A stretch of 64,000 nucleotides of DNA from a virus. Taxonomy: Duplodnaviria; Caudoviricetes. A model generated the notes under the pieces. It had not been told where the DNA came from, searched no databases, and worked only from the letters and a program-made list of their open reading frames with translations. Of this stretch, positions 55,101-63,814 are shown in pieces. The translations under genes were made by a program, and so were the position numbers. The first letter of the stretch is position 1, and every line of letters begins with the position of its first letter. The stretch lies in IMG/VR virus record IMGVR_UViG_2528311002_000006, positions 1 through 64,000 of that record; one strand, 5' to 3'.

Positions 55101-55788
55101 CCCACGGCTTCAGGGTTGCCAGATCCAGCAGCGTGAAGTGCCCCCGGTGCCAGCCCATGGTGTCGATGTAGATGGTGTTGCCCAGCACCTCGACCGCTTC
55201 CACTGGCGTGTGCCCGACCACCACGGCACGCACACCGCTCACGGGAGTCTCTTCGTGGTGCTCGATGCGCTCGCGCGACCAGATCGCGTGATCGATGGCC
55301 TCCGGGGACTGAAATTGCAGCTTTTGCGTGAAGCCGGCCCAGTCACCGCCGAGGGTATCGGCGTGCACAATGCCGACCAAGCCGCCGACAGTCTCCACCT
55401 CCATGGCCAGCGGCAAGAAGGCGAGAGCTGAGGCAATCTCCTGTTGCAGGCTGACCGGGTTGCCCAGGTTCCAGGCCCCGCCATTGCCGAGATAGTCGCC
55501 CCTGGTCATGGGCCATTGGCCTTTCTCGCTCTCAGGCTTGACCCAGCTGATGGCCATGTCCTCATGGTTGCCGCGCACCGGGAAAAACCATGGCCGCGAG
55601 ATCCAGTCAAGCACCTGATCGCTATCGGGGCCTCGGTCAACCATGTCCCCCACGGAGAACAGGCGGTCTTTCGCTGGGTCGAAGCCCATTTCATCCAGCA
55701 GGCTCTGCAGGCGGTTGAAGCATCCATGGATGTCGCCCACGGCCAGATCCCGGCCCTGCTCGTTCTTGGGAAAGCGTGTCACCGTCAT
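55090..55788 (-). CDS. NinI-like Ser/Thr protein phosphatase (metallophosphoesterase)
   Basis: GDIHG, GDMVDRG, RGNHE, GHTP. Confidence 0.92.
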   Translation of the reverse strand: MTVTRFPKNEQGRDLAVGDIHGCFNRLQSLLDEMGFDPAKDRLFSVGDMVDRGPDSDQVLDWISRPWFFPVRGNHEDMAISWVKPESEKGQWPMTRGDYLGNGGAWNLGNPVSLQQEIASALAFLPLAMEVETVGGLVGIVHADTLGGDWAGFTQKLQFQSPEAIDHAIWSRERIEHHEETPVSGVRAVVVGHTPVEAVEVLGNTIYIDTMGWHRGHFTLLDLATLKPWGGA

Positions 55789-56027
55789 GCGCGGCTCCTT
55801 TTCACAATGGCGCGGCGTTCGCGCTCGTCACTGGCCCTGGCGAAATAGCGCGGCTGGGAGCGGCACCAGTCGGGCCCGTTGACCTGCAGCCAAGCCAAGA
55901 AAGTCATGAACTCGTCGGCCGAGTCCCGGAAGATGTAGAAGCGCCCTGTCATGTCCAGCACCAGCGTGCGCAGCAACTCGGGCAACCAGAACAACAGGAG
56001 CACCCAGGCTTTGATGAAGTCCGTCAC
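55785..56027 (-). CDS. small hypothetical protein
   Basis: 4-nt overlaps on both sides. Confidence 0.6.
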   Translation of the reverse strand: MTDFIKAWVLLLFWLPELLRTLVLDMTGRFYIFRDSADEFMTFLAWLQVNGPDWCRSQPRYFARASDERERRAIVKRSRA

Positions 56028-56542
56028 TCGTCAAACCCTCCCAAGATCCCTTCAACCATGTCGATTCGCTGGGTCAGGCCCAGGTGCGGCCAAAGGGTGG
56101 TGCCGGCGTAGTCGGTGCGCATGAAATCCACGAAGTGCCCGTGAAAGCGCTCCATCTCGCCCTGCTCCATGCTGGTATAGCTGGTGGACTTTGGCAGCGG
56201 CACCAGCCCATTGATGGTGGGAACCCAGTCCACATGGCCCGCGCCCAGCTTGAGCCAGTCGCGAAAGCGGTCAAACTGAGGGAACTTGTCCTGGGTGTTG
56301 AAGAATGCGTGCTCCAAAGCCATGTGCTTGCGGTGGTACCAGCTCAGCCGGGCCTGCTTGGTGTTGATCTCCACGATGCCGCCGGGCTCCAGCGCCAGCA
56401 GACGCCGCAAGAACCGCCGCCAGCTTCTGCGGTTGTCCTCGCCCAAGCCGTCGATGTGCCCCAGCAGCACGCGCATGGCGGCATCACGGTCAGCCGGGGT
56501 GGCTTGAACGCTGGGGTTGCGGACGATCTGGATTGCAGCCAT
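56024..56542 (-). CDS. DUF1367-like nin-region protein
   Basis: HRK.MAL...FDRFRDWL..GAGH...PKS.SY.SM.Q.E. Confidence 0.7.
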   Translation of the reverse strand: MAAIQIVRNPSVQATPADRDAAMRVLLGHIDGLGEDNRRSWRRFLRRLLALEPGGIVEINTKQARLSWYHRKHMALEHAFFNTQDKFPQFDRFRDWLKLGAGHVDWVPTINGLVPLPKSTSYTSMEQGEMERFHGHFVDFMRTDYAGTTLWPHLGLTQRIDMVEGILGGFDE

Positions 56543-56547
56543 GGTGC

Positions 56548-57069
56548 TCAGATGCCCTTCAACAGCTCTCGCAGCTGTTTGAACTTGGCCAGATCTTCCT
56601 CGTGCTTCTGCTCGCGCTCACCTATTGCCAGCGCCAGCTCGTCCAGCGCGTCCGCCTCCTGGCGCAGGCGGGCGGCCTTCTTGGCAAGTACAGCCATAAA
56701 GTCCACCTTGGCAGGTGATTCGGCGCAATCTGCTGGCGCTGGCGCGGGTGCTGCTGTCAATGTCATGATTTCTCTTTCGGGTTTCGCCTGCATAGTTGTT
56801 GTGCTTGGAAATGGCGCTTTGGCTGTACGGGGGCGCTCCACGGCAACCCGGATGTATTCCCCGGTGGCGTTGAGCTTGATCAGCCCTCCATCGCGCAGAC
56901 TGCGCAGACACCCCGCCAGTTGCTTGATCTCCATCGGCTTGCCGAGACGGTGCAGCTCCCCCTGGATCGCCTTTGCGTTCCATGGCTCCTGCATGGGGAC
57001 AGCCTCAAGAACCTTGCGCTCCATCCCGTTCAGGCCGCGCTCTACGGCAGCTAGTCGCTGGGCACTCAT
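56548..57069 (-). CDS. putative winged-helix protein
   Basis: KVLEAVP...W....I...L...GCL.SL.D.GLIK. Confidence 0.65.
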   Translation of the reverse strand: MSAQRLAAVERGLNGMERKVLEAVPMQEPWNAKAIQGELHRLGKPMEIKQLAGCLRSLRDGGLIKLNATGEYIRVAVERPRTAKAPFPSTTTMQAKPEREIMTLTAAPAPAPADCAESPAKVDFMAVLAKKAARLRQEADALDELALAIGEREQKHEEDLAKFKQLRELLKGI

Positions 57070-57500
57070 GCCTTGCTCGCCTTGTTTCGGTAGGGCCAAG
57101 CCACCATGGCCGCATCACGGGCGTGCTGGCTGCTGCGTGTCTTCCAGCCGGTAATCTGGGCAAAGTCCGCCGCATTGACCTTTGAGCCCTTGGCAAGGGG
57201 GGCAACGCCATAGGCCTCAAAGCCCATGCGCTTGCACATGGCCTCGATGTCCTTGCACAGTCGGTCGATCTCTCCCACATTGCGGGCGATCTTCAAAGCC
57301 GCCGCTGCGCTGACGCCCTTGGCTGCGGTAAAGGTCTTGCTGGTCTTGCGCGAGTCCTCGAAGATGACCAGATGGGGCGGGTTCTGCGCCAGCCACGGCT
57401 CCAGCTCATCCGCGCTCACCGTATGCATGCAGATCAGCTTGCCCTTGTCATAGACCGCAAGCCCGGTGGCCTGGCCTGGGTCGATGCCCACTACGCTCAT
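57066..57500 (-). CDS. RuvC-like Holliday junction resolvase
   Basis: VVGIDPG..TGLA, FED, HARDAA. Confidence 0.8.
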   Translation of the reverse strand: MSVVGIDPGQATGLAVYDKGKLICMHTVSADELEPWLAQNPPHLVIFEDSRKTSKTFTAAKGVSAAAALKIARNVGEIDRLCKDIEAMCKRMGFEAYGVAPLAKGSKVNAADFAQITGWKTRSSQHARDAAMVAWPYRNKASKA

Positions 57501-57509
57501 ATGTCTCTC

Positions 57510-58226
57510 CTACGCCGTCAGGCTCTGATAGGGGTTGGAAAAGTCGCGCCAGGCCTGCCCGTTCACCATCCGCTCCATGGTTTCCACGGACACGCCCAAG
57601 CTCTTGGCCGCCGCCACGCGGGTCAGCTCGCCCCGAATGCAACGCGCACGCAGCGCTTGCACTTCGCTCATGGAGTACGGCGCCTTGGCTTGCTGGGCCC
57701 TGGCCAGCTTGGCTCGGGTGGATGGCAGCCTTGCCCTGCCGATCAGCTGCTTATTGCGAGGCTCTTTGACCAAGTGCTGCGGGTGGATGCAGTCGGCCTC
57801 GCCGCAAGACGGGCGCACAGACTCGGCCTGGGCGAGCTTCTTGCCCGTGTGCGCCTCGTAGATCACCCGGCGCAGCACAAACTCCTTGCCGTCAAGGTGG
57901 ACGACTGGCCCTTGGCGCGCCTTGAAGAACTTGCCTGACCAGGGCATGCAAGCACCCTCGCTGCAGCCGCAAGTCGTTGATTCCAGTGCAAACCGGGCCA
58001 CAAAGGCAGCATCGCGTGCACGGCTCACAGGGGCGAAGTGCAAACGGCCGTCGAATCTGAACCGGCGAAGCACTCCACGCACAGCCAAGTCCTGCAACTC
58101 CCGTGCAAATTGCCTACTGTTATTTCCAGTCATGCCCACCGTCAGCGCTGCCAACGAAGTGATTTCGGTTAACCGGCTCGCACAGTCGATTGCTGCCTGC
58201 GCAACGATTTCTACAGAATCAGTCAT
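57510..58226 (-). CDS. degenerate HNH/His-Cys-box protein with C-terminal HTH
   Basis: CMPW.G...RRVIYE...SCGEADCIHPQHL; AAKSLGVS..TM..MVNG..W. Confidence 0.7.
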   Translation of the reverse strand: MTDSVEIVAQAAIDCASRLTEITSLAALTVGMTGNNSRQFARELQDLAVRGVLRRFRFDGRLHFAPVSRARDAAFVARFALESTTCGCSEGACMPWSGKFFKARQGPVVHLDGKEFVLRRVIYEAHTGKKLAQAESVRPSCGEADCIHPQHLVKEPRNKQLIGRARLPSTRAKLARAQQAKAPYSMSEVQALRARCIRGELTRVAAAKSLGVSVETMERMVNGQAWRDFSNPYQSLTA

Positions 58227-58899
58227 CACAAGCCTCCGGCGCACTTGGCTTGGCAAGCTGCTTAACTGGACTTCCCCCGTTCGAGAGCGCCTGCATCACG
58301 GTGTAGCCAATGCCTGCCGCACTGCTTGCACCTCCCAGCCTGTAAACCTCCTGCGCGCGGCGGGCATCACCGACCAGCACCGGCAATGGCGCTGACAAGC
58401 CCTTGCGTTCAAACTCTACGTCTGCGCAGCGCTCACCCCCAAGACGAGCCGGGAACTGGTAATGCTCCTGAGCTGAATAGCTGCGGTAGGCTTCGCTGAA
58501 TCGGTGCTGCAAGTAGCTCAGCTCATCGAGCGGCCAACGGCAGACCTTGGGCCAGCCACCCATGTCTTCCACGACCGCATGAATCGCCGGATCGTCAAAA
58601 ACCACATCCGTGTAGGCGCCAACATCGCTCATGGCCGTGTGCACCTTCGACCATGCCATGGCCGCCCGGTCGGTATGCGTCCCCTCCAGCAGGCGCACTA
58701 TGTCGGCCACCTTTGGCGCGAACTGGCCGCGCTGGGCATCCATGGCATGCTTTTGGAGCGCCTTCTCGACCTGCTCGTAGTCGAAGCGACTGCAACCAGC
58801 CCACCAGACGTTGAGCACGAATGGCGTGCAGTCCTTGCCGTAGTACGCCAAGGCATCAGTCACCAGCGAACGGAAATTTGTCAGGTCTTCAAGACGCAT
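58219..58899 (-). CDS. replication partner protein (DUF6475-like)
   Basis: FAPKVADIV...AW..V...VGAY..VVFDDPAIH.VV.DMGGW. Confidence 0.75.
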   Translation of the reverse strand: MRLEDLTNFRSLVTDALAYYGKDCTPFVLNVWWAGCSRFDYEQVEKALQKHAMDAQRGQFAPKVADIVRLLEGTHTDRAAMAWSKVHTAMSDVGAYTDVVFDDPAIHAVVEDMGGWPKVCRWPLDELSYLQHRFSEAYRSYSAQEHYQFPARLGGERCADVEFERKGLSAPLPVLVGDARRAQEVYRLGGASSAAGIGYTVMQALSNGGSPVKQLAKPSAPEACDD

Positions 58900-59908
58900 T
58901 GCCGCCTCTCGCCATCTTTGCGCGCATTTCCGCTTCCCATTGCTCGCCCGCCATTCGGTTGCTTTCCTCCAGCAGCGCCTGCTGATTTGGACGCTTTCGC
59001 TCACCAAATGCGTGCTGGCATGTGGCCTTCAGGTACTCCCGTGCATCCGCAGGCTGGGCGGCCACGGCAGCAGTCACAGCATCACGAACAATGTCCTGCC
59101 CGTAGTCCTTGACCAGCTTGCCCATGAACGTCCGTGCCTGCGATTCAGGGCAACCGCCTTGCTCCAGCACAGAGACTGCAGCGCGCCACAACTCAGCCTT
59201 GGCCATTTCTTCCGGGGTCTTCTCCTTCGGAGGGTTGGAGTGAGGGGGAGGCACTGGAGCCACGGGAGGCGCCGGTGGCGGCGTGCCGCCGTCCGTACCT
59301 TCAGGTACGGAATAAGGATCTCCCTGTCCCTGTCCCTCTCCCTGTCTCTTGGAGTTGTTTTCCCGAGGGACATTGGCGTCATGTCCCTCTCTTGTCGGAT
59401 CGTTGTCCCTAGGGACAAACAGCGGCTGTCCCTGGGGACAACCCAGAGACACCCAGTCATCAAACGTAGGACGAGGTACGCTGGTGCCGTGTCTGTCGTT
59501 GTGCTTTTTGATGCGAGCGCACTCCGTCCCCCAGCGCTGCCGCTGCTTGGCCTGCCAGGCATCGCGGGCCTTTTCAGCAACGACCGGGTGATACATGCGC
59601 CCGTCGCTGCACTTGATCCAGCCACGCAATGCTCCGGCACGAACCTTTGACCAAGCCTTGTCGATCTTTCCGCGAAGCTGGTATCCAGCCTGTTTGGCGA
59701 TCCACATTTCATCGTCCGGTATGGATGCTGCTGGCACCTGATGCCACGACGCAGACCAAAGCAGAACCGCCGCCCAGCATGCCTCGGGGGGTTCGTTGGA
59801 CGCCAGTTCAGAATCACGCAAGCGCGCAACATCAAGAGGCATAAACGGGAAGTCTTGGAGATCGCAATTTGCAGGCGTCAGCGGCGACTGCAGTTCAGGC
59901 TGCTGCAT
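58889..59908 (-). CDS. replication initiator (DUF1376/YdaU-like)
   Basis: DFPFMPLDVARLRDS, SWHQVPAASIPDD, CSDGR.YHPVVAE; likely start MQQPEL at 59908. Confidence 0.8.
   Translation of the reverse strand: MQQPELQSPLTPANCDLQDFPFMPLDVARLRDSELASNEPPEACWAAVLLWSASWHQVPAASIPDDEMWIAKQAGYQLRGKIDKAWSKVRAGALRGWIKCSDGRMYHPVVAEKARDAWQAKQRQRWGTECARIKKHNDRHGTSVPRPTFDDWVSLGCPQGQPLFVPRDNDPTREGHDANVPRENNSKRQGEGQGQGDPYSVPEGTDGGTPPPAPPVAPVPPPHSNPPKEKTPEEMAKAELWRAAVSVLEQGGCPESQARTFMGKLVKDYGQDIVRDAVTAAVAAQPADAREYLKATCQHAFGERKRPNQQALLEESNRMAGEQWEAEMRAKMARGGNAS
59325..59440. repeat. iteron-like palindromes, probable phage origin
   Basis: TGTCCCTAGGGACA at 59404, TGTCCCTGGGGACA at 59427, TTTCCCGAGGGACA at 59359, plus TGTCCCT half-sites. 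Confidence 0.7.
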
Positions 59909-60260
59909 AGACCTTGCCCCCTGCGCTGCCATGCCCGCGCACACGGTTGGTGCTGTCCACCACACGAATGGCACCGTCGCGCAGAGCTTTTGCATACACG
60001 GGCCCAAAGGCTCGATCGTCCTTGGCGGGTTTGATGCCAGCGCAGCGCGCAGCGAGAGTGACCGCTTCGCCGGGCACTGGGCCATGCTCGCGGACATAGG
60101 TAACGACGAATTCGTAAGCGCGCGTGGTGAACGTGGGATCGTCCTGCTCGGTGCGATCCAACGCGGCCTGAGCGGCTTGCTCTCCAAGCCTGCGAGCGGT
60201 GGCCAGCAGCTGGCGGCGTGTGTCTGGTTGAGCTGCGGGGTGCAGTGTGCTTCGATTCAC
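59895..60260 (-). CDS. hypothetical early protein
   Basis: P..DRAFG.V...A...G.I motif; GTG start at 60260. Confidence 0.7.
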   Translation of the reverse strand: MNRSTLHPAAQPDTRRQLLATARRLGEQAAQAALDRTEQDDPTFTTRAYEFVVTYVREHGPVPGEAVTLAARCAGIKPAKDDRAFGPVYAKALRDGAIRVVDSTNRVRGHGSAGGKVYAAA

Positions 60261-60490
60261 TCGACCACCCTCCTGCCACGCTGCAAGGCAGAGAGCTGTG
60301 AGCACTTGAGAATGCTGCTGGCCTTCTGGGCGGCCAGCTCGTGCGATGGCAGATCAGCCCGGGAAGGGCTTTGCATGCTCATGCGCCCGTAGTGCGGCGG
60401 CTGGTTGAGCTTGATACGCACGGCTGCCGGTGGCTTGGCCGTGTTGGCTTCCTTGCGGGAGATCTCCCAGACTGACTGCCCGGCGCTCAT
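60257..60490 (-). CDS. small hypothetical protein
   Basis: 4-nt overlaps with both neighbours. Confidence 0.55.
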   Translation of the reverse strand: MSAGQSVWEISRKEANTAKPPAAVRIKLNQPPHYGRMSMQSPSRADLPSHELAAQKASSILKCSQLSALQRGRRVVE

Positions 60491-60723
60491 GCTGCCACCT
60501 GCTGGCTCTTGCGCGGGCGGCGCTTGGGAGCACTTTCAGCGGCAGCAATGTGCTTCTGCAGCTCGTCGATGTTCTCCAGCCGCGGCTTCTTGTAGTCATA
60601 GCGGACGCGGTGAATCGTGGTCGCGGAAACGCCCGACAGCTCGGCCAGCTTATCGACCTGGGCACCAGTAAGTTTCGAGATGCGCTTCTGCAATTTGGCA
60701 AAAACGGACATGAGATCGTTCAT
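60487..60723 (-). CDS. Cro-like HTH protein
   Basis: KLAELSGVSATTIHRV....KPRLENI; divergent from the repressor. Confidence 0.8.
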   Translation of the reverse strand: MNDLMSVFAKLQKRISKLTGAQVDKLAELSGVSATTIHRVRYDYKKPRLENIDELQKHIAAAESAPKRRPRKSQQVAA

Positions 60724-60733
60724 GCCCAATATC

Positions 60734-60808
60734 TTGCCATATCTGGAAAGCAATTTTCAACTTGCGGCAAGTTCCTACAGTCCGCAATGCCCTTACCACT
60801 TACGAAAA
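60734..60808. promoter_or_regulatory. OR-like operators
   Basis: TTGCCA-N4-TGGAAA at 60734 and TTACCA-N4-CGAAAA at 60793; same motif at 61663 and 61740. Confidence 0.65.
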
Positions 60809-60835
60809 TTACATGGAAGTCTTATCATTTGTGGC

Positions 60836-61216
60836 ATGAATTCCAACCCAACACCCGACGCAAAAAGCCAGCTGTGGACAGCGGTTGAAAAGCTGATGTT
60901 GCAGCACTACGGAAAGATCAACATCAGCCGACTGTCTCGTGACGCCGAAATTGGCTTGGGCACTGTGGCCCGACTGCAAAATGCCGATCTGGGAATCGGC
61001 CTGGACAAAGTTGAGAAGATCGCCAAGGCCTTCGGCCTGGAGATCCATGAGCTGCTGAACCCGAACTTCGCCCCTTCCGACAAGGGCGAGCCCCTTTCCG
61101 ACAAGGCAATCTTCCTTGCCCGTCAGCTGGACAAGATCAAAGACCCTGGGGCCTCGACACAGGCCTATGCAACGTGTTTGCAAGTTCTCGAACTCGCCAG
61201 ACGGACTCACCAATAA
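60836..61216 (+). CDS. CI-like XRE repressor without S24 peptidase domain
   Basis: NISRLSRDAEIGLGTVARL...LDKVEKIAKAFGL...LL; TATCAT 7 nt upstream of ATG (leaderless). Confidence 0.8.
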   Translation: MNSNPTPDAKSQLWTAVEKLMLQHYGKINISRLSRDAEIGLGTVARLQNADLGIGLDKVEKIAKAFGLEIHELLNPNFAPSDKGEPLSDKAIFLARQLDKIKDPGASTQAYATCLQVLELARRTHQ

Positions 61217-61589
61217 ACACCAGCGCCTGCTGACGAGCCCACTCCTGGGCCTCGTCCCTCTCCACAAAGACCCCCAGCACCCCGCCCGTCTCTCGCGCAA
61301 GAGACCAGGCCTGCTGGCGTAGCCATTCCTCATCCCCGGGAAGCACCACCACCGCCCCGGGCAGCGTTCTCGCGGTCAGCGCCTCTCTCAAAACCGCCGC
61401 CAGCTCCACCCTCTGCCACTCCGACAGGCACACGCTGGGCAGCTCCAAAAGCCAAGAAAACGCTCTTCCCGTGATCCCGCCATGCAGCCACTGCTGCTGC
61501 GCGGCCAGCGCCAGCGCATGCGCTGAAAAGCCCTCTGCACACCTGCAACTCAATACGCCACCCTCTCCCACATCCCAGACACCCGCCAC
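61137..61589 (-). CDS. hypothetical protein downstream of an SOS-like box
   Basis: protein-like composition with GVF....EA.EW; overlaps the repressor 3' end. Confidence 0.5.
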   Translation of the reverse strand: MAGVWDVGEGGVLSCRCAEGFSAHALALAAQQQWLHGGITGRAFSWLLELPSVCLSEWQRVELAAVLREALTARTLPGAVVVLPGDEEWLRQQAWSLARETGGVLGVFVERDEAQEWARQQALVFIGESVWRVRELANTLHRPVSRPQGL

Positions 61590-61640
61590 TTACGTCTCCA
61601 AAAGTTATCGACACAATTATTTACCAATTGTGGTTTCTAC

Positions 61641-61660
61641 TACTGATGATACGTACAGTA
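61641..61660. promoter_or_regulatory. LexA-like box
   Basis: TACTG-ATGATACGTA-CAGTA. Confidence 0.6.
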
Positions 61661-61662
61661 AT

Positions 61663-61758
61663 TTTCCATATGTTGAAGATATTTCTAATTAAGAGAGATT
61701 TCTTATTCAAAAAATCTATCAACTTCTTTTGCTTTTTTCTTTCCACTTATGGCAAGAT
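61663..61758 (+). promoter_or_regulatory. PL-like early promoter with OL-like operators
   Basis: TTGCTT-N18-CAAGAT, sharing TATGGCAAGAT with the cro promoter; TTTCCA-N4-TGGCAA at 61740. Confidence 0.65.
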
Positions 61759-61814
61759 TCACCACATCAGGAAAGCAGAGGCTTTCTTGTTCGGCGGGCA
61801 AACGCTCTCCGCTT

Positions 61815-61827
61815 CGCTCTTTAAAAA
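61815..61827 (+). promoter_or_regulatory. boxA antitermination element
   Basis: CGCTCTTTAAAAA about 55 nt after the -10 of the early promoter. Confidence 0.75.
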
Positions 61828-62536
61828 ATCGTCACCCGATGTTGCTTGCCCTACCTGTGGGGCATTCGTCCGGGTCAATTGCGCACTGGGGCATGGCCCA
61901 GGCTGGTGAGAGCCAGCAGCGCGCCGCGAATTTCCGCGCGGTGGCCAGTCCGTTAAATCGGTGAAGGGCCTTGGGAAAAGATACGGACAGCACAGCTTGC
62001 ATGTGTAGCGTAGGCGGGAGGCCGTGACGGGGTAGCGCCAGCTATCCAAGAGCCGACAAATGAAACACCGCCCTCGCAGGCTGATGCTGCTACGCCCATG
62101 AGGCGCAGCTAACGGACGGGATGACACCAAAGGGAAACAAAAGAAACGGAGCGGCATATTGATGCCGTCATTGGGGCGGCCAGCGGCCCCTGCGACCCGG
62201 CGCGTAATCCGGGCTTCAACCTCAAGCCTTGTGACAGATGGCTTGAGGTTGAAAGGAGATTGAAATGTTTGCCTCGGGCCTATGCGAGCCCTGATCGTTG
62301 CCCACTCCCGCAGGGCTAAGCGGGGCCATCACGCAGGTGGATTGGACACGGTTCGACTCCGTTGACTACACCGACGCGCCATGCGCGCTAGGTCTAGGTG
62401 GCCCAATCCACCGCCGCGATGGTGCAGGACAGCACCCCCTCTCCTTGGAGAGGCGCCACAACATGGCTGCCCACGGGCAGCTACTGAATGCCTTGCAACG
62501 GCAACGGCTCCAATCACTCAACGCCACCACAGAAAA

Positions 62537-62944
62537 ATGCAGTCATCGAATACCGCAGGGGATGGTTCACCCTCACTGTCGCGCTTATCACTGATCATGG
62601 AGTGCGCATCGCTGCTGGCAGAGAGCCAGATGGTTCCCGAGCCCGTGCGCAACCAAGCAGACTGCTTCGCAATTCTGCTCACCGCAACCGGTCAGAACAA
62701 GTGCCCTATGGAAGCACTGCACGAGGCCACTCGGCGCATTTCGCCCGCGAGCCAGAATAAGTTTGCAGAAATGGCCTTGATCCTGACCAAGGTCGAAACC
62801 CCTGCACAGCTGGAAGAAGCCGTGCGCCTCATGGACGACCTGACGGCAGGCAAAACCGTGACCGAAGACGAGGCGCTGGCGCTGCTGACCATCTGCCGCG
62901 ACCGCCACCGCGCCCTGGGCCTTTTAGGCAAAGCCGTCACATAG
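62537..62944 (+). CDS. hypothetical early protein
   Basis: 3' part of ORF 62381..62944; start uncertain (62537 or 62597). Confidence 0.65.
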   Translation: MQSSNTAGDGSPSLSRLSLIMECASLLAESQMVPEPVRNQADCFAILLTATGQNKCPMEALHEATRRISPASQNKFAEMALILTKVETPAQLEEAVRLMDDLTAGKTVTEDEALALLTICRDRHRALGLLGKAVT

Positions 62945-63079
62945 GCCTCTCTTTTTTTGGCCGTCGATTTCAAATTTCATAGCTAACAATGCTTGCCACA
63001 CAAGTGATTGAAGGCAATTTCATTGATTTTCATGGCGAAGCTGGAGCGCCCTTTTCTCCAGCATCTTTGGAACTTCGAT

Positions 63080-63694
63080 ATGACCCTCACCCCTGAACAA
63101 CTGGCCAAGCTGACCGAATACGACTTCATCGCCGTGGTGGATGCCTCTGGCTCCATGACCACCGAAGACGTCAAAGGTCGCTCGCGCTGGGATTCTGTGC
63201 AGGAAACACTCGGCATGTTCTGCCGCGACACGAACAAGCTGGACTCGGACGGCATCGGTCTGGTGATCTTCAACGGCGTGGACATCAAGGTACATGACGG
63301 CGTGACCCCCGACAAGCTGGATGCTGCATTTGCAAGCATGCGCCCCGTCAGCTCGACCCCTCTGTATGAAGCCCTGCAGGAAGCTCTGAAGCTGGCTGGC
63401 AAGTCTGACAAGAAGGACTTCATCACGGTCTTTACCGATGGCGTGCCCGACAACAAGGACGCGGTGAAGAAGCTCATCATCGACACCGCCAACCAGCAGG
63501 AAAACGACGATGACCTGACCATCCTGTTCGTGCAGGTGGGCTCCGACTCTGCAGCAACGGCCTGGCTGAAGTCCCTGGACGACGACCTCAAGGCCCAGGG
63601 CGCGCAGCACGACATTGTGGATGTGAAGACCGTGGCGGAAGCCGAAGCCTTCGGCTCCACTGCTGAGCTGATTGTCGCCGCGATCAACGACTAA
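63080..63694 (+). CDS. stand-alone vWA domain protein
   Basis: MIDAS DASGS, STPL, FTDG; strong codon bias. Confidence 0.88.
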   Translation: MTLTPEQLAKLTEYDFIAVVDASGSMTTEDVKGRSRWDSVQETLGMFCRDTNKLDSDGIGLVIFNGVDIKVHDGVTPDKLDAAFASMRPVSSTPLYEALQEALKLAGKSDKKDFITVFTDGVPDNKDAVKKLIIDTANQQENDDDLTILFVQVGSDSAATAWLKSLDDDLKAQGAQHDIVDVKTVAEAEAFGSTAELIVAAIND

Positions 63695-63697
63695 GCC

Positions 63698-63814
63698 ATG
63701 CTGGTCGATGCCATCGCGCTCGGCTGCACCTTCGCCGCAGGCTTCTGGGCTGGCTCCAAGTTCCGCACCTGGGGTGCGTTCAAGGAAAAGCTCAGGAGCT
63801 TCTGGAAGAAGTAG
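63698..63814 (+). CDS. 38-aa membrane peptide
   Basis: MLVDAIALGCTFAAGFWAGSKFRTWGAFKEKLRSFWKK, starting 3 nt after the vWA stop. Confidence 0.55.
   Translation: MLVDAIALGCTFAAGFWAGSKFRTWGAFKEKLRSFWKK

Noticed and set aside
59909-60187. N-terminal extension of the replication initiator in the ORF track
   Set aside because: Overlaps the upstream gene in another frame; the start at 59908 is more plausible.
62340-62375. tRNA gene suggested by GGTTCGACTCC
   Set aside because: No acceptor stem, D arm or anticodon arm; kept only as a structured-RNA finding.
62597-62720. RecT-like call for MVPEPVRNQADCFAILL...PMEAL
   Set aside because: Resemblance is short and the protein is far too small for an annealase.
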